A stretch of DNA of 64,000 nt from Octopus sinensis (GCF_006345805.1 NC_043008.1:75702001-75766000); one strand, 5' to 3'. Counted from the first letter of the stretch, positions 1-13,504 are shown. Numbers and translations: made by a program. The notes: generated from the sequence alone by a model not told the origin.

Positions 1-265
1 CATCAATTTAAAATGCAGGGCAATCTCTAGCTGCACAAAGACATAGAATTTAGTTAAATTAGAACAGATGGACATATTAGTATAATTATATCTAAAATCT
101 CCAAGAAGTTAAGGAGATAGACAAAGAACATAGTGTCCCCACTCCAGTTTATATGATTTTTTCTGTATTTTGAACTGATGTAAGGACTGCATTGTCCAAT
201 TAAATGGAGTTGCATGAAACGACCGTACTGCATTACCTCTGGATATCTTTGTTGCTTATTTTGAT

Positions 266-395
<130 letters not shown>

Positions 396-809
396 CAAAA
401 AGTAAACTAGTTACTGGTGTACGTTGGAACAGGTGATATACCAGGACAAGGAAACGTTCAAAAGGGCATTTAAAACGGTCGTTCATGCCTGCATTTTGAT
501 GTTGGCTGTGTCATGTTGTATGAACGGATGTATGTATATGTATTTATATTTGTAGCGATGAAAGGTCGGACGAGAGGATGTAATATTCGATAAGTAGACT
601 ACATCTCCATTCAATTAACACACAATGAACAAGTGAAATTTTTCTCTTCAACTGTGATATTTCTAGTTTGTCGTTATCTGTCACAGGATGTTGCCAATAA
701 TGATCTGAGTTGGCTTATTGTATCTGAGACAGACACAGACACTAAGACACACACATAGATGTAAACACGTATATACACACCCAAATATATATATCAATAT
801 ATATATTTT

Positions 810-884
<75 letters not shown>

Positions 885-891
<7 letters not shown>

Positions 892-1186
892 AAAAAGGAA
901 ATGAAGAAAATGCTGACAAAATAATTTAAGTAATTTAAGTAATTTAATTAGGTAAAAGTTCTTTTTACCGGTTGCGCATTTGTTATGCTTATCAAAAGAT
1001 TAGAGTTCCTTTCTGATAGATTTTTTCCTCTTATCTGATAAGAGGAAAAATCTCTCAGAAAGGAACTCTAAGCTTTTGATAAGCATAACAAATGCGCAAC
1101 CGGTAAAAAGAACTTTCACCTAATTAAATTACTTAAATTACTTAAATTATTTTGTCAGCATTTTCTTCATTTCCTTTTTTATATAT
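885..1186. repeat. Near-perfect palindrome, ~150 bp arms with a 1-nt loop at 1036; decayed HHR-like motif at the start of the right arm (1035-1070)
   Basis: 885-1035 is the reverse complement of 1037-1186 with few mismatches; centre CCTCTTATC-T-GATAAGAGG; right arm reads CTGATAA-GAGG..TCTC-A-GAAA-GGAACTC-TA. Confidence 0.95.
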
Positions 1187-1280
1187 CACAACTCGTGTTC
1201 CACATCTCCTTTTTTAAATATGTATATATATATATTATATAGATGTATATATATATATATATATTATATATATATATATA

Positions 1281-2006
1281 TTCAGCTCACGAGCTGTGGC
1301 CATGCTGGGGCACCGCCATTTGGTGTTGCTACACGATTCTACTTCACGAATGCTTTTTAGCAATTGCCACTTGGTGCATGAGAGAGTTCGATGCAGCTGC
1401 CCTCATCTGCACCTCCTACCGTGAAGTTGGTTCATCTGGGACACCTGACAGGAAGAGATCCAGTTTCATTTTAAAGACATCAGCATCCACCCCATGCAGG
1501 TCTCTCAGGTTCTTCGGGAGGATATTGAAGAGCTGTGGGCCTCTGACGCCCAGGCTATCACACTATCTTGTCCTACATCTTGATGGCAAATTTTGGGTCC
1601 TTGGTAGTATGCAGTGGCGTCCAGTTCTAGTATTTGTGTAACTCTCGATGCAAAAGTTTGGGACAAGTCCTTCTAGGATCTTCCAGATGTATATTATGGC
1701 GTATCTTTCTCGCCTACGCTCTAAGGAATAGAGTTTTAATCTCTTGAGTCTTTCCCAGTAGCTTATATGCTGCACAGAGGCTTCTTCGTGTAGCTTCGTT
1801 GGATCGCCTCAAGTTCTGTGATTAACTTGACACTGGATGGTGACCATAGCTGAGAGCAATAGTCAATGTGGCTTAGGACAAGTGTCCTCCAGAGGATCAT
1901 CATGGTTTCCTGGGCTCTTGTTCTAAAGGTTCTAAGAATCCATCCGGTCAGCTGCCTACATTTCATTGCCAATTGAGCAACATGCACATGAAATGTTGCA
2001 TCATTA

Positions 2007-2008
<2 letters not shown>
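1281..2008 (-). mobile_element. CR1/L2-type (jockey group) LINE, 3' fragment: RT C-terminus and tail
   Basis: ORFs 1763-2011 (GWILRTFRTR..LWRTLVLSHIDYCSQLWSP..ELEAIQRSYTK) and 1563-1775 (SYWERLKRLKLYSLERRRER..IYIWKILEGLVPN) match the CR1/L2 RT C-terminal pattern; the element ends at (TA)n. Confidence 0.9.
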
Positions 2009-2053
<45 letters not shown>

Positions 2054-2101
2054 TAGAAATATGTTACGAAAAGAAAATATAGTATACACGTGGAAATGTA
2101 A

Positions 2102-2607
2102 GGGTAAAATATGAAAAAATCAACGAAAATGCATATTGCAAATGCAAAATGGCTATTTATGACAGGTAGTGACGAATATATACATTTAGATTGACTGAGG
2201 TAGTAATACGAGTCATAAAGTTCATTATTATGAGATGATTATAAGATGATAATAAAGTAAGAGAACAAAACGAACCAGTGGTTTACGCGAAAGCTTGTTA
2301 TCGTTTGAACAACACCGGTTAATATACGGTGTCAGGTCTAATAGTTCCTGAGAAAAAAAAGGAACTATTAGACCTGACACCGTATATTAACCGGTGTTGT
2401 TCAAACGATGAATAGCCTTCGCGTAAACCACTAATTCGTTTTGTTCCCTTACTTTATTATCATCTTATAATCATCTCATAATAATGACCTTTATGACTCG
2501 TATTAATACCTCAGTCAATCTAAATGTATATGTTTGTCACTACCTGTCATAAATAGCCTTTTTCCATTTGCAATATGCATTTTCGTTGATTTTTTCATAT
2601 TTTACCC
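2102..2607. repeat. Long fold-back, 248 bp arms with a 10-nt loop (2350-2359)
   Basis: 2102-2349 is the reverse complement of 2360-2607 with scattered mismatches; centre ATAGTTCCT-GAGAAAAAAA-AGGAACTAT. Confidence 0.95.
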
Positions 2608-2619
2608 CATATATATATA

Positions 2620-2676
<57 letters not shown>

Positions 2677-2799
2677 TTATATATATGTATATATACATAT
2701 AAGGTAAAACTTACTTGGAAGTGGATGCGTGGATTTCGATCATATAATAACAAAATGATATATAAAACATATGCATATATACATACATATATGTACATA

Positions 2800-2995
2800 C
2801 CTACTTCTATATGTATATATACATGCATATATGGGTACAGGACACCAAAATACGTTGAACACAATAAGAAACGAAAATATAAAACAAAAAGAGGGAAACG
2901 GACATTTTTTTTCAAACAACGAAAAAACAGAGTACAAGACATACAACACAAGGAATATTCCCCTCATTCAGTTGCCCCTGTTTCAGCTACTCTGC
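2800..2995. repeat. Dispersed repeat; second copy at ~19520-19720; probably a PLE terminal region
   Basis: CAGGACACCA..AAACGAAAA..AACAACGAAAAAACAGAGTACAAGACA..CACAAGGA..TCCCC shared between the two loci. Confidence 0.75.
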
Positions 2996-3413
2996 GCTTG
3001 AAAAGTATATATATATATATATATATATAAATATATATATAAACATATATATTTATATATATGTACATATATGGGCAACGGCTTACCTGTATGATGGGGT
3101 CCAGTTTTATCCCCTCAGGTGATATATAATTGCTGTCCCCGTTAGTAAATCTTTGACTTTGATACAAAATCATCCCACTTGCTTTTTTGTAATCTTGTAG
3201 ACACCGGCAGTCCAAACCTGCTCGCTGTCTACGTGTCTCCGCACGCTTGATATGTACGGCATTGGACACACTTGTTGTCCACTTTGTTTCACATATTAGG
3301 TTGCACATGCTCAGTTTTACTATTATTAAATACACTCACATATACGCTTATACAATCAGTCACATACACATATACACACAACTATACCTCTGGGTAACCC
3401 CATACATACATCT

Positions 3414-3467
<54 letters not shown>

Positions 3468-3748
3468 AATAATAAAAGGGTAAAATTAATTAATTATTAA
3501 TTAATAATTTTACGAAGTAGTGTTCAGTATGTAAAAAGACCATTTACGGTATATGTAAAACATTACGTTATATAATTAGGGTTCAGCAAAAAATTTACTT
3601 TACCACACACCGAACTTTTAGAAATAGCAGCCAAATAATTTAGCTATTTCCTCTACCATAAGAGGAGTCTCCCAGACAATTTATACTCAAAAACAATTCA
3701 CGTAGGTATAGAGGAAAAAATAACGAAAGATCACACGTACATCGATTA

Positions 3749-3832
3749 CTTGAGAACGCCGTTTCTGGGTTAGTTAGATATAGAGAAGCTAGAAATACAT
3801 ACCCATATCAACATTCCTGTCATTAGCCCAAG
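3749..3832 (-). ncRNA. Decayed hammerhead ribozyme motif (G5A core change) in a ~430 bp repeat flanked by (TA)n
   Basis: Minus strand CUUGGG-CUAAUGA-[long stem II]-GAAA-CGGCG-UU-CUCAAG; stem I CUUGGG/CUCAAG forms 6 bp; stem II base CAGG/CCCA is consistent with CpG decay of CGGG/CCCG. Confidence 0.55.
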
Positions 3833-3899
3833 ATTTCGTTAAGTTTAAATTTGAAAGCACTAAAAATCGAACATACCCGTCTCACAATTATATAACGTA

Positions 3900-3930
<31 letters not shown>

Positions 3931-4084
3931 ACTATATATATATACAGATGTACATAGCTATATCGCTGGGCTCCATCATATATATATATACACATATACA
4001 GACGTGAAATGCGAAGGATGGGAGTGGTGAAACAGAATATTAATTATTATAAGTTTTATAATAATTAATATTATTGAAAATGCA

Positions 4085-4880
4085 TATTTGGCGCGGTGAT
4101 TTGACCTTGGAATTTTCTCACTATGCTTGTTTACCAGGTTCTCATTACTCAGCAGTACACTAACTGCTTCCTCAAAGCAATGGTCAGATTTGTCGAATAG
4201 CGAATTACATGGGTGTGCATATTTTTGTTACTGACAATAATTGTTTAGTCTTTCATCCTGCATATAAGGTCCACCAGTGAAGTTGCGCATCGTCTGTGTA
4301 TTTTTCGGTATGGCGAGATGTGTTTGCGATAACGGACTTTGAATTGGTTTTCCATGGCAACTATGTACACGTATTTATGCTTGCATGTGAAGATTGTGCA
4401 TTTGTATACTGTGTTTTTTGGACACATTGGTTCATGAGCGGACAATTGGATTTCTACGGCATGTGCAGTTATTTTTACTATTATTTTTATGTTTATCTGG
4501 TGGCCTTTTGATTCTTTTTCCATGATGTTCCTTTTGACTGTTAGTGTCTGAAGCATTGTGGAATCGGCAGTCTTTTTCGTTCGATCTTATTTGATGATTA
4601 ATTTCCATTTTATTGCCACTGTCGTTCACGTTATCTGAGTTTTTGAAGTTATGTTTATTTTTGTTATTGGCCATAATCCTGTGATGATTTGATTTGTTTG
4701 TTCTCTGCCAGCAGACGCTTGTATGTTTAATTTCCTGTTGTTGTATTTATCTATGTAGTACTTCATGTTGTAAGATGATGTGTATGATATTTTCACCGTG
4801 TGCTTGTTGAATAAACGGTAGCATCTATATCTTTTAGGAAAGCATTTATTTAATGCTGCAATGAATTATCTATCTTGGAC
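4085..4880 (-). mobile_element. Penelope-like element fragment: RT thumb, Asn-rich linker and GIY-YIG endonuclease (pseudogenised)
   Basis: ORF 4245-4556 (KNTVYKCTI..YVYIVAMENQFKVRYRKH..TSLVDLICRMKD); upstream FPKRYRCYRLFNKHTVKISYT; downstream CFEEAVSVLLSNENLVNKHSE; linker ends NNCTCRRN. Confidence 0.85.
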
Positions 4881-5278
4881 GGTATTTGGAGTCGGTATTA
4901 TACCGTAGGACCTCCGAATTTTTCTACTTTTTTTGCTTCCTTCAACCTATTTTGTGTGTTAATGTGATTATGTGCGTCTGTGTTCCAATAATTTCTATTC
5001 TTTATATATCTGTTTTCCGCCTATCTTTCCATTGTTCCTCGTGTTTTACCCATTTGTGTGTTGTTATTCGTTTGTGAACTTCATTCGTGTTATGTATGTA
5101 TTCTACCTTTTTTTGCGCTTGCGTTATTATTATATGGAGTTTCATTATTTTCAAGCTTGATGTTTCCTTTATATACAGCCGTAGCTAACGCTTCATTATA
5201 GTATGGTGCATGTTGGTTGAATATTTCCTCTGTGGCTGATGATCTTTTAAAATGTTAAGAAGATAAACTGCGTTGAAT

Positions 5279-5356
5279 CTTGGGCAAGTGTCTTCTACTA
5301 TAGCCTCGGTCAGACCAAAGTCTTGAGTGGATTTGGGAGACGGAAACTGAAAGTCC
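5279..5356 (+). mobile_element. SINE family A fragment
   Basis: CTTGGGCAAGTGTCTTCTACTATAGCCTC..GTGGATTTGG..GACGGAAACTGAAAG matches the fuller copies at 40905-41322 and 56855-57231. Confidence 0.8.
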
Positions 5357-6569
5357 ATCATACACACACACAAACATATAGCATCTACTATAGATTACTT
5401 AGCTTCATTTTTCTACATCATAGGATATTTCTTGATTGTCATCCATGGTTCCATGCTATTTATTCCAAGTACAAATGTAAATATCATTCTGGTACTGGTA
5501 TAATATTTCAACTTCTCTCACAGCTACGGCATTCCTTTCATTCCTCTCTGTCATATATATTCCGAATACCTGCTTCAAGAGACTTGAAAATGCTTAAAAA
5601 CTAAAACTTTGCATTTATCACCCATAATTTCATTGAAAGTATCTCATTGTTAATAGGTAAGAAGATTCGACTTCTCTCTCTAAATACTTTTATTCCTATT
5701 TCTGTTTCTGTATATTTTATAACTGTGAATCCAAAAAATATGCTAATATGTGTCGTACGTACCTATACATCGAGGTGTATTCTCGTGTTATTTGGTGAAA
5801 CTACATTGTTGTTTAACACTTAAGCAGTTTGTGTGTAAGTGTCTGGATGTGGCATCTATGCAAATATGAGCACTGCATATAACAGAATTGAATGTATTTG
5901 ATCATTTCTGCACTTGACATCGGTAGGAGTCGAACTCATAAAATACCTCGTTATATTAAGGTTTTCTATATTGCGCTCTTTTATCAACCACTCTCTAAAA
6001 ACATAATGTATTTGGAGCTTTCCACGCCATCGCAGATATAGATCTTATTTTATCTGACGCTTTGTTGTCTACATATTTCTGTGTAATTACGTACAGAAAT
6101 CATAGAAATGTATAATAAATATACATGATAATACCCTGGATTAATTTAAGATTATAAAATCTGTAGCCGTGAATGTATTCATATGTACAGATAATATAAA
6201 CAAAGCTAATTATTGCACTCTCAAGCGTAATTAGCTTTGTAAAAGTAGTTGCTGATTAATCGATTAATCTAGAGATATTTCATGTATGAATTATAATAGC
6301 AATAAGAATACAAATAAAAATGTGTTCAAACGTGATATTCGTTCCTAAGTAAATTACTGATCATTGTAACAAAAATGAAGCAATATATAGACGTTAATTA
6401 AGCCTGAATGAGCCAGGTTTCTGTAAAGAGATCGGCTAAATTTTAAGCCGCATCAATTATTTTAAGCCAGATCAAACTGTTTTAAATAAGATTCTAAGCA
6501 TGCATACATACAAACATACATATATAATACATACATACACACATACATATGTAGGCCGCCTCTACCTAA

Positions 6570-7230
6570 AATGAAAGCAAGGCAGCAGAAGCTTAACATC
6601 GATCCAGAATGCTTTTCAATGTAGTATCATATCTCTTCGGACAACATCTTTTAACCACCAACTATCGAAGTCCATCCCTTGAGCAAGTTTGCATACATGA
6701 TGCTGATAATATCATAAGACTTCAAAGGCAACTCCGTGAACAACATTCTGTGTCTGATAACCTAGAAAACATGCCGAAAGAAGTCGCATGACTCAACTGC
6801 AACATATCATTGGATGAAAGGATGAGCATATATGAGCGAAAGACTATGCATGGATATGATACTAGAAAGCTGCAAGGTGATAGTAACATTGATCATGAAA
6901 GTAGTATATCATGGACCAATAGCCGGATTGCTACCTCCCACTTTGAAGGGTACGCGTCTGCAATCCAGGAACAGGAAATATCAACCAAGTATCAGATGCA
7001 CAAAAAGGATAGAGATGCAGGAAAAGCATCTCTTATGCAGACTTTGCGGAATTAACACTGTAAATATTATCCACATCATAAACAGTTGTCCGAAAATGTC
7101 ATCACGCTATTATCTAACGATGAGGCATGAGGTTGTAGCTAGGACTCTCTATAATGAAATCTGTCAGAACGATAACCTCAAGGATAAATAAATAAGAACC
7201 CACAGTATGATAGAAAGCAGATACGTTATC
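6570..7230 (+). mobile_element. R4/Dong-type (restriction-like endonuclease) LINE fragment including the CCHC knuckle
   Basis: ORF 6832-7191 LCRLCGINTVNIIHIINSCPKMSSRYYLTMRHEVVARTLY; preceding HFEGYASAIQEQEIST. Confidence 0.8.
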
Positions 7231-7779
7231 GTAAATTTGATTCGTCTTCTTCAGTTGGATTTACCTCGACAATATTTCAAATGTTAAGTCACAGGGACAT
7301 AAGCACACCCAAAACGGTTTTCAAGCGATGGTTGGGGGACAAACACAGAAACAGAAATACATACATACACACACAAACACACAACACACACAAAAATATG
7401 TATTTGAGTGTCTGTGTTTGTCCCACCAGCTAACTCAGTGATACAGCAAATAGAGGATCTGCCAGAAGAAAGACGAGAATATCAATCAAATTTTCAGTGA
7501 GTGCAGCATGCAAACACAGAATGAATATAGAAGCTGAGATGACTATGCACGCAAAACAGTGATGGAATCCTGAAGTATATTCGATCCTCTTCAATTTTAG
7601 TTGGTGAACTGATTGCAAAAAACACACATGAAATCAAGCAAACAGAAGGAGCTTTGGGATAAGCGGAGAATCGAAGGTAATATTACAACCTAATGATCTG
7701 AGTCGCAAAGAAGAGTGGTACAAATAGCTCATTTAGGAGGAACGAGTAAAAGCGCTTAGCAATTGACCGGGCTGTGCCA

Positions 7780-8025
7780 GGTCAACATATTGTCATGAAC
7801 AAAAAAGTGACACATATGGAGAAGTGAAAATGAAGGTCGCCAATTGTGACAGCAGCGGAAGGAGATATAAATGTTGATGTTGTCATCGGAGCATTGGGTT
7901 CAATACCATTCAACCCGAAGAAACATTTGGATACATTAGACATACCCTACAATCTTGATATATTGCAAAAATCAGCTTTTCTTGGAACTGCACGTATACT
8001 GTGTAGAGTAATGTCTATCTGATAT
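7780..8025 (+). mobile_element. R4/Dong-type LINE C-terminal fragment
   Basis: Translates to VVIGALGSIPFNPKKHLDTLDIPYNLDILQKSAFLGTARILCRVMSI*. Confidence 0.8.
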
Positions 8026-8109
8026 CCTTGTTACTTGGCAATTAGTACAAATCCCCGGTACTCATACTTTTAATCTACAGCAATGCAATATTGGATAGTG
8101 TGAGACGTC

Positions 8110-8700
8110 TTTAATAATAAGATTGACCAACTCGATCGCACTACCCGAAAGACGATGACAATGTACGATGCCCTTTACTTTAAGGCGAACGTACACTGGA
8201 TGTAGAGGAAGAGTGGTAAATCTAGATGTAAATTGATAAGCCTACTGGAGTGCATCGACAGTGAAAGAAAACATTTGTCAGAGTATTCGGTAAACAGCGA
8301 ACAAAACCTGATACAGTGTGCTGCTAGCATAGAAGCATTTACCAACAATGGAGTTGAGAGTGCTAATGAATTCTGACCATGAACACTCAACGTGGAAGAA
8401 GAAACCCTACTCCACATGCAATTACATGGTCAGTTCCACCGCGAAATTAACAACATAAAATCCAGGAAGCATCATGGATGTAAATCAGCAGAGGTGAACT
8501 TAAAAAGAGAACTGAAAGCCTGATCATCGCTGTACAGGTCCAGGCATTGAAAACGGATATAAATCACGCAAAAAATCGGCGTTACTTGAAACTGTATCCA
8601 TACAGTGTAAAGTGTTGTTTGTATGAGGTCCTTGTTAAGATATCCCAAACAGCACAAATCCCGAGTACACACGATCTACAATATTAAAAATTGGATACAG
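8110..8700 (+). mobile_element. R4/Dong-type LINE fragment (post-RT region) ending in (TAA)n
   Basis: Decayed frames read LDRTTRKTMTM, LHGQFHREI and TESLIIAVQVQALKT; (TAA)n follows at 8713. Confidence 0.75.
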
Positions 8701-8712
8701 TGCCTTTTCTTC

Positions 8713-8768
<56 letters not shown>

Positions 8769-8794
8769 TGATGATGATGATGATGATGATGATA

Positions 8795-8832
<38 letters not shown>

Positions 8833-8918
8833 ATCAATGTTATGATGAAGAAAATTTGTGCGCTGGTTTATGTTTGTGTTTGTGTGCTAGAGTGAGTGTG
8901 TTAGTATGCGATAGAGGT

Positions 8919-8988
<70 letters not shown>

Positions 8989-9002
8989 AGTGAGTGTGTG
9001 TG

Positions 9003-9065
<63 letters not shown>

Positions 9066-9075
9066 TGTGTGTGTG
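8713..9075. repeat. Compound microsatellite: (TAA)n, (GAT)n, (GATA)n, (GA)n, (GT)n
   Basis: Direct reading. Confidence 0.97.
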
Positions 9076-10754
9076 AGTGTGTGTGTTTGTTTTGTGTCTG
9101 AGAGCATGCTTAACTGTGTTGCATGTATGTGCAAATATATGCGTAAAGGTATGCCTGAAATCGTGTGTGAATGTTTTCAAAAAACATTACATTACACCAA
9201 ACACCATGCGCTATACAAATATGAGATGTGTGAAACATTTTCAATGCTGATTAAAAGAAACCTATGAAAAAGAGGCCAGTTTGTAATGGCTATAACGGTT
9301 TCTGAATCGTAAATAAACAGGTTTTCTCTAGTAAACACTGCCTTCCGTTTTCTGAAAACATGATAAAATTTTCAAAAGTATTATAGTGTCTTACAATGGT
9401 TATTTTGTTCAATAACTCATTAATAATTTACTGATAGATTCGATGAAGCTATTTGAGTACCATTCTTTCTTTTTCTTTTCTTCTCCAACAAGTTTGGCTT
9501 GTGTCGTTGAATGTCTAACATCGTCAATATTTTATACGCCATTTTGTTTTAATGTCGACTACTAGAAATAAAATAAAACAAAATTTACGTTATCATTTCC
9601 ACTATATACCATAATTTAAGTGATAGTCGTATGCACACTAAATATAGGCTGTTTATAGGTTTCTTTCTTAATACATTAGCAAACATTTAGTATATGGAAG
9701 TTGTCATGTAAAATATCCTACATTTACTTTGAAATATTTTATTATTGACAAAACAAACAAAAGCAAATTATTTCTATAAATCATCAGAGAATCTATTAAA
9801 GACATTTTGCTAACTATGTGTCCACTGCATTTTATCATATCATGATCGGTTTTGATCAATTTATAGGATACTTTAACAAGTGAATAAAGCCTACAGTGAT
9901 TGGATTTGTTACTAACAACAGTGTATGTATGTGTTTAGGTTCGTTCCCTCTTTTCATATGCGTCTTTTATATTAATCATATTTTATCTGTAATCAATACG
10001 TTTATATATTTACTGTATGAAATACGTGTCACAGGCCTGCGAGTTAACGCAGTCTATAACTATAATACCTCTGTTAAATTACCTTTGTAACAAAAAATTA
10101 AACATTCGCTCGCCATAGTTGTAAGTATTTTAAGTTGATTCAATATATTTTTAATAAAGGTCGCATCATGATACCTTTTGGGGATTTAGTTAAGATACAT
10201 GTGCTCTTTACTTTTAACTAGTACAATGCATTCTAATCTATGGTTGAAAACTTGGTTTTACTATTTTGTTCATCTCATTCCATGATATATAAAATTACAT
10301 CAACATACAAACGTATCAGAGTCTTAACTGTGACATTATGACACATTGAAACTTCTCATGAGTCTTTGTGGTAAAATCAGAACTTGCTCAGGATGATGCC
10401 ACAAGTTCTTCAGACGGCACTGTTTTGGCTCGATATGACATTGTTACTTACGAATATACACGGGCATTCTGAATTAACTCACGATCAATTATTCAATATA
10501 GAAATCAAGAAACAAAACATTCTGTGATTTGTGCGAAAGCTGGCCAGGCTTGGATTAAGCAAACATGTAACAGCATGATATTAAAACAACTGTCTGTATA
10601 ACATTTCTAATGCATATACAAACGCACATCGGTACCAGCTCTAATATTTTGTGTCAATGAAATATTTATTAATAGTTCGAAGGGTATGATATTAGTTAGT
10701 CATCAGACATTGCCACTACATATATAATGATACTGGAAAATGTTTTATTCCTAG

Positions 10755-10832
10755 GTCAAACATGGTGGAGCAGATATGTGAGGAAGGAGATTCCGGCATT
10801 AACATCCAATATCAATTTGTCTTTCGCTTTAA
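10755..10832 (+). other. Candidate 78-bp internal exon of an unidentified host gene
   Basis: Acceptor TGTTTTATTCCTAG|G and donor AA|GTATGT; length divisible by 3; two frames open (QTWWSRYVRKEIPALTSNINLSFAL or SNMVEQICEEGDSGINIQYQFVFRF); no homology recognised. Confidence 0.25.
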
Positions 10833-11752
10833 GTATGTAGTGTTTGGTCTAATGGAGCTTTGGTGGCCATTACTTAGAGATCAATGGCCTCATAAGAAAT
10901 TCTATTGTTGATTTATACCTACTTATGTCTGTGTCTTGACTCCTAGAAAATCCACGCAATGAAGATGATTTGTTCTGCTGATGGAGTCATTGACGGAGAA
11001 TGGTATCTCCTCATTTATGGATGACATTAATATTTCAGTTCTTCTCTGCAACGAATACCATATCTTCACAAATAGAAGCTGCTTTTTCATACGACGACGA
11101 TGGTTATCATGATGACGATGATGACGATAGTTATGATGGTAGTAATGGGAGTAGAAGTACTGATGGCTTCGTGGATTTTGCAAGACATCAACGATGGAGA
11201 TAATGACAATTACGACAATGGTGGTGGTGAGTTTGAGGATAAGAAGGGTAATGACGATGCTGATGCTGATGACGACTCGATGATAACAACAATGACGATA
11301 GCAACTACGATTATGACGACGGTTATGGGTAACATGATGACTGTGTTGACGGTGGCAATGTTGATGTCACTGTTGGCATCAAGCAGTGTTCTAGATGACT
11401 AATCAGGGAAGCTGTACACACGCAACTGCAGGAGTTTTCGGTTTAATTAACGTTAATCTGAAACTATCGAAATTCATGAAACGGAAGAGTGCTTCAAATT
11501 TCGGAGATGGAAGTATTTCAGTCGTAACAACATACCATGTATGGTATGTAATTAGTGATGTGTTGATTAATCACATTACTAAATTGGACATCGAAGGATA
11601 CGGAAGGGAACACACAACTGTTTCCAAGACGGGGAATTAAATAAATTAAAACTAAACGTAAAGCAAATGTTTATCTTCCTGTAAATTACTTGTTTAGAAT
11701 ATTTCATTTTATAATGGGGATTTAATCAGTTCTTCCAAAGATAGTGAAGCAG

Positions 11753-11782
11753 TTACTACTACTACTACTACTACTACTACTG

Positions 11783-11856
<74 letters not shown>

Positions 11857-11945
11857 GCTGCTACTGCTGCTGCTGCTGCTGCTACTACTACTACTGCTAC
11901 TACAACTGCTGATGCTGCTGCTGTTACTACCATACTACTACTGCT
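11753..11945. repeat. (TAC)n/(TGC)n trinucleotide repeat
   Basis: Direct reading; explains the poly-L/V/A ORFs. Confidence 0.97.
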
Positions 11946-12329
11946 AATAATAATAATGATAATCATAATATTAATAATAATGATTTCCTTATTAACCAAA
12001 AGGGTTTAAATTAAGAAAACATTATGGACAGTAACGACAAAAACAAAGAATATGTGCGTGCATGTGTGTGAGTATGTGTTGTAAGGATTTTACATGTAAA
12101 AAAGTCTAACAAAATTTATATGGTTTGGTAGGTCAGTGCTTAGTAATATAAGAAAATATATTTGTGATGATGTACACATATGTATACATTAGACATGTAC
12201 AAATATATTTATACAGATGTTTATACATATCAATATCTACACATGCAACACATTCGTATATGAGAAAAGAAAGAATCAACAATGTGTAATCCTCAATAGA
12301 GAGGAGACGTTCGATGGCTGCTCGTTGAA

Positions 12330-13420
12330 AAACCCCATAAAAACCATGCGTATCCTGACTTTGGGGGCAGGGGCCCATTTTTTCAGAATTGTGTGAGCGA
12401 AGTTTGCGAACTCTTTCACCCTCCTCTCCTGTCTGCTAAACCCACACAATACCAACTTACATCTAAAGCTCCATTCTAGTACCTCACTAACACTAAAGAG
12501 CCGGACGTTTCCATGAAAGTTTCCAGGCGTCTGAATAAATCTGGTCGACATTCCCCTGTCGTGTCATAGACAGCTACTAGTTTGAAAGTATGTCCAGGAC
12601 CACCGACATGCTTTCCGGATCCTGGAAGATCGTCCGCATTGCAACATCCAGATTATTTTCGAAACGTCACGATGATTCCACCTCCCGATCCCGGACAACT
12701 TGGAGATGGATACAACTCATAGTCACCAAAAATGAGTTGGAAATCCCGTGTCGGAAATTCTTGTTTAACTAATGGCCACCACGTTGACATTCATTGCCCT
12801 GAGATCGTTGAGCTGGTGACTCCGCGTCCAAGGCAACCCCAGGTCATGTACATTCACGCTGCCTATTCAGGGTACGACCAGATTGTCAGGAAAAGAAATG
12901 AAACGAAAACGGAAAAGTTACTTGGTTCTGTTTGGCGAGTTTGGTGCCCGTCCCTCCTGCTAGTTTGGGGTGTTTATAGCAGTAAATCACTGAGTTCGCT
13001 CGCTGATATTCCCTCGAAAATCTCCGATGTCCTGTGGGAATTGGGTTTTTAAGTGTGTGTATGTGTTTTGTGCTGTTTGAACGATTTCTTTTTGTCCAGG
13101 TAGGGAGAGTGTAGGTGTGATAAAATCTGGTGCTACGTTCTGTGTGTTACGTACTTAATCCATTTTTTGTGCTTATTGCTATGTAGTTTGTAATACTAGT
13201 TTCTTTACTTTGGGTTTGTTGTTGCTGTTGTGCTGGGGGTTATTGTTGTTGTTGTGGTGGTGGTGGTAGTTGTGGTGTTTGTGTTTGCTGTTGTTTTTGA
13301 GGTAGTACGTGTGGGATGGCTTGTGTTTCTGGTGTTGGACGTGGTGGTATCTATGCAGTGTCTGTATTGTGTGATTTTTTTGTTGTATTTTTCCTCTCTA
13401 CTTTTTGTGTCAATAATCTT
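12330..13420 (-). mobile_element. L1/Tx1-type LINE remnant: APE endonuclease N-terminus (12330-12830) preceded by a probable ORF1 tail
   Basis: Decayed minus-strand frames MNVN-GL, KLVAVYD..DLFRRLETFMETSGSLVL; the ORF1-like tail resembles 52900-53420 (minus). Confidence 0.55.
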
Positions 13421-13504
13421 ATAAATCTACTTTCTAATCCCTAATCCTTATCTAATTCCTCACTCATACTCGAATATTACAACCATCTAATTATATTCGT
13501 TTGT

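Noticed and set aside
163-235. HHR-like CUGAUGU..UUGCAU-GAAAC-GACC-GUA
   Set aside because: The core has a deletion or substitution and no stem I pairing; too decayed to call
6395-6445. CUGAAUGA-GCC..GGC-UAAA
   Set aside because: Two core defects and no stem I or III
10923-11640. Non-repetitive ORFs 10923-11183, 11000-11203 and 11395-11640 as exons
   Set aside because: They run into (GAT)n-derived sequence, have weak splice sites and show no recognisable homology
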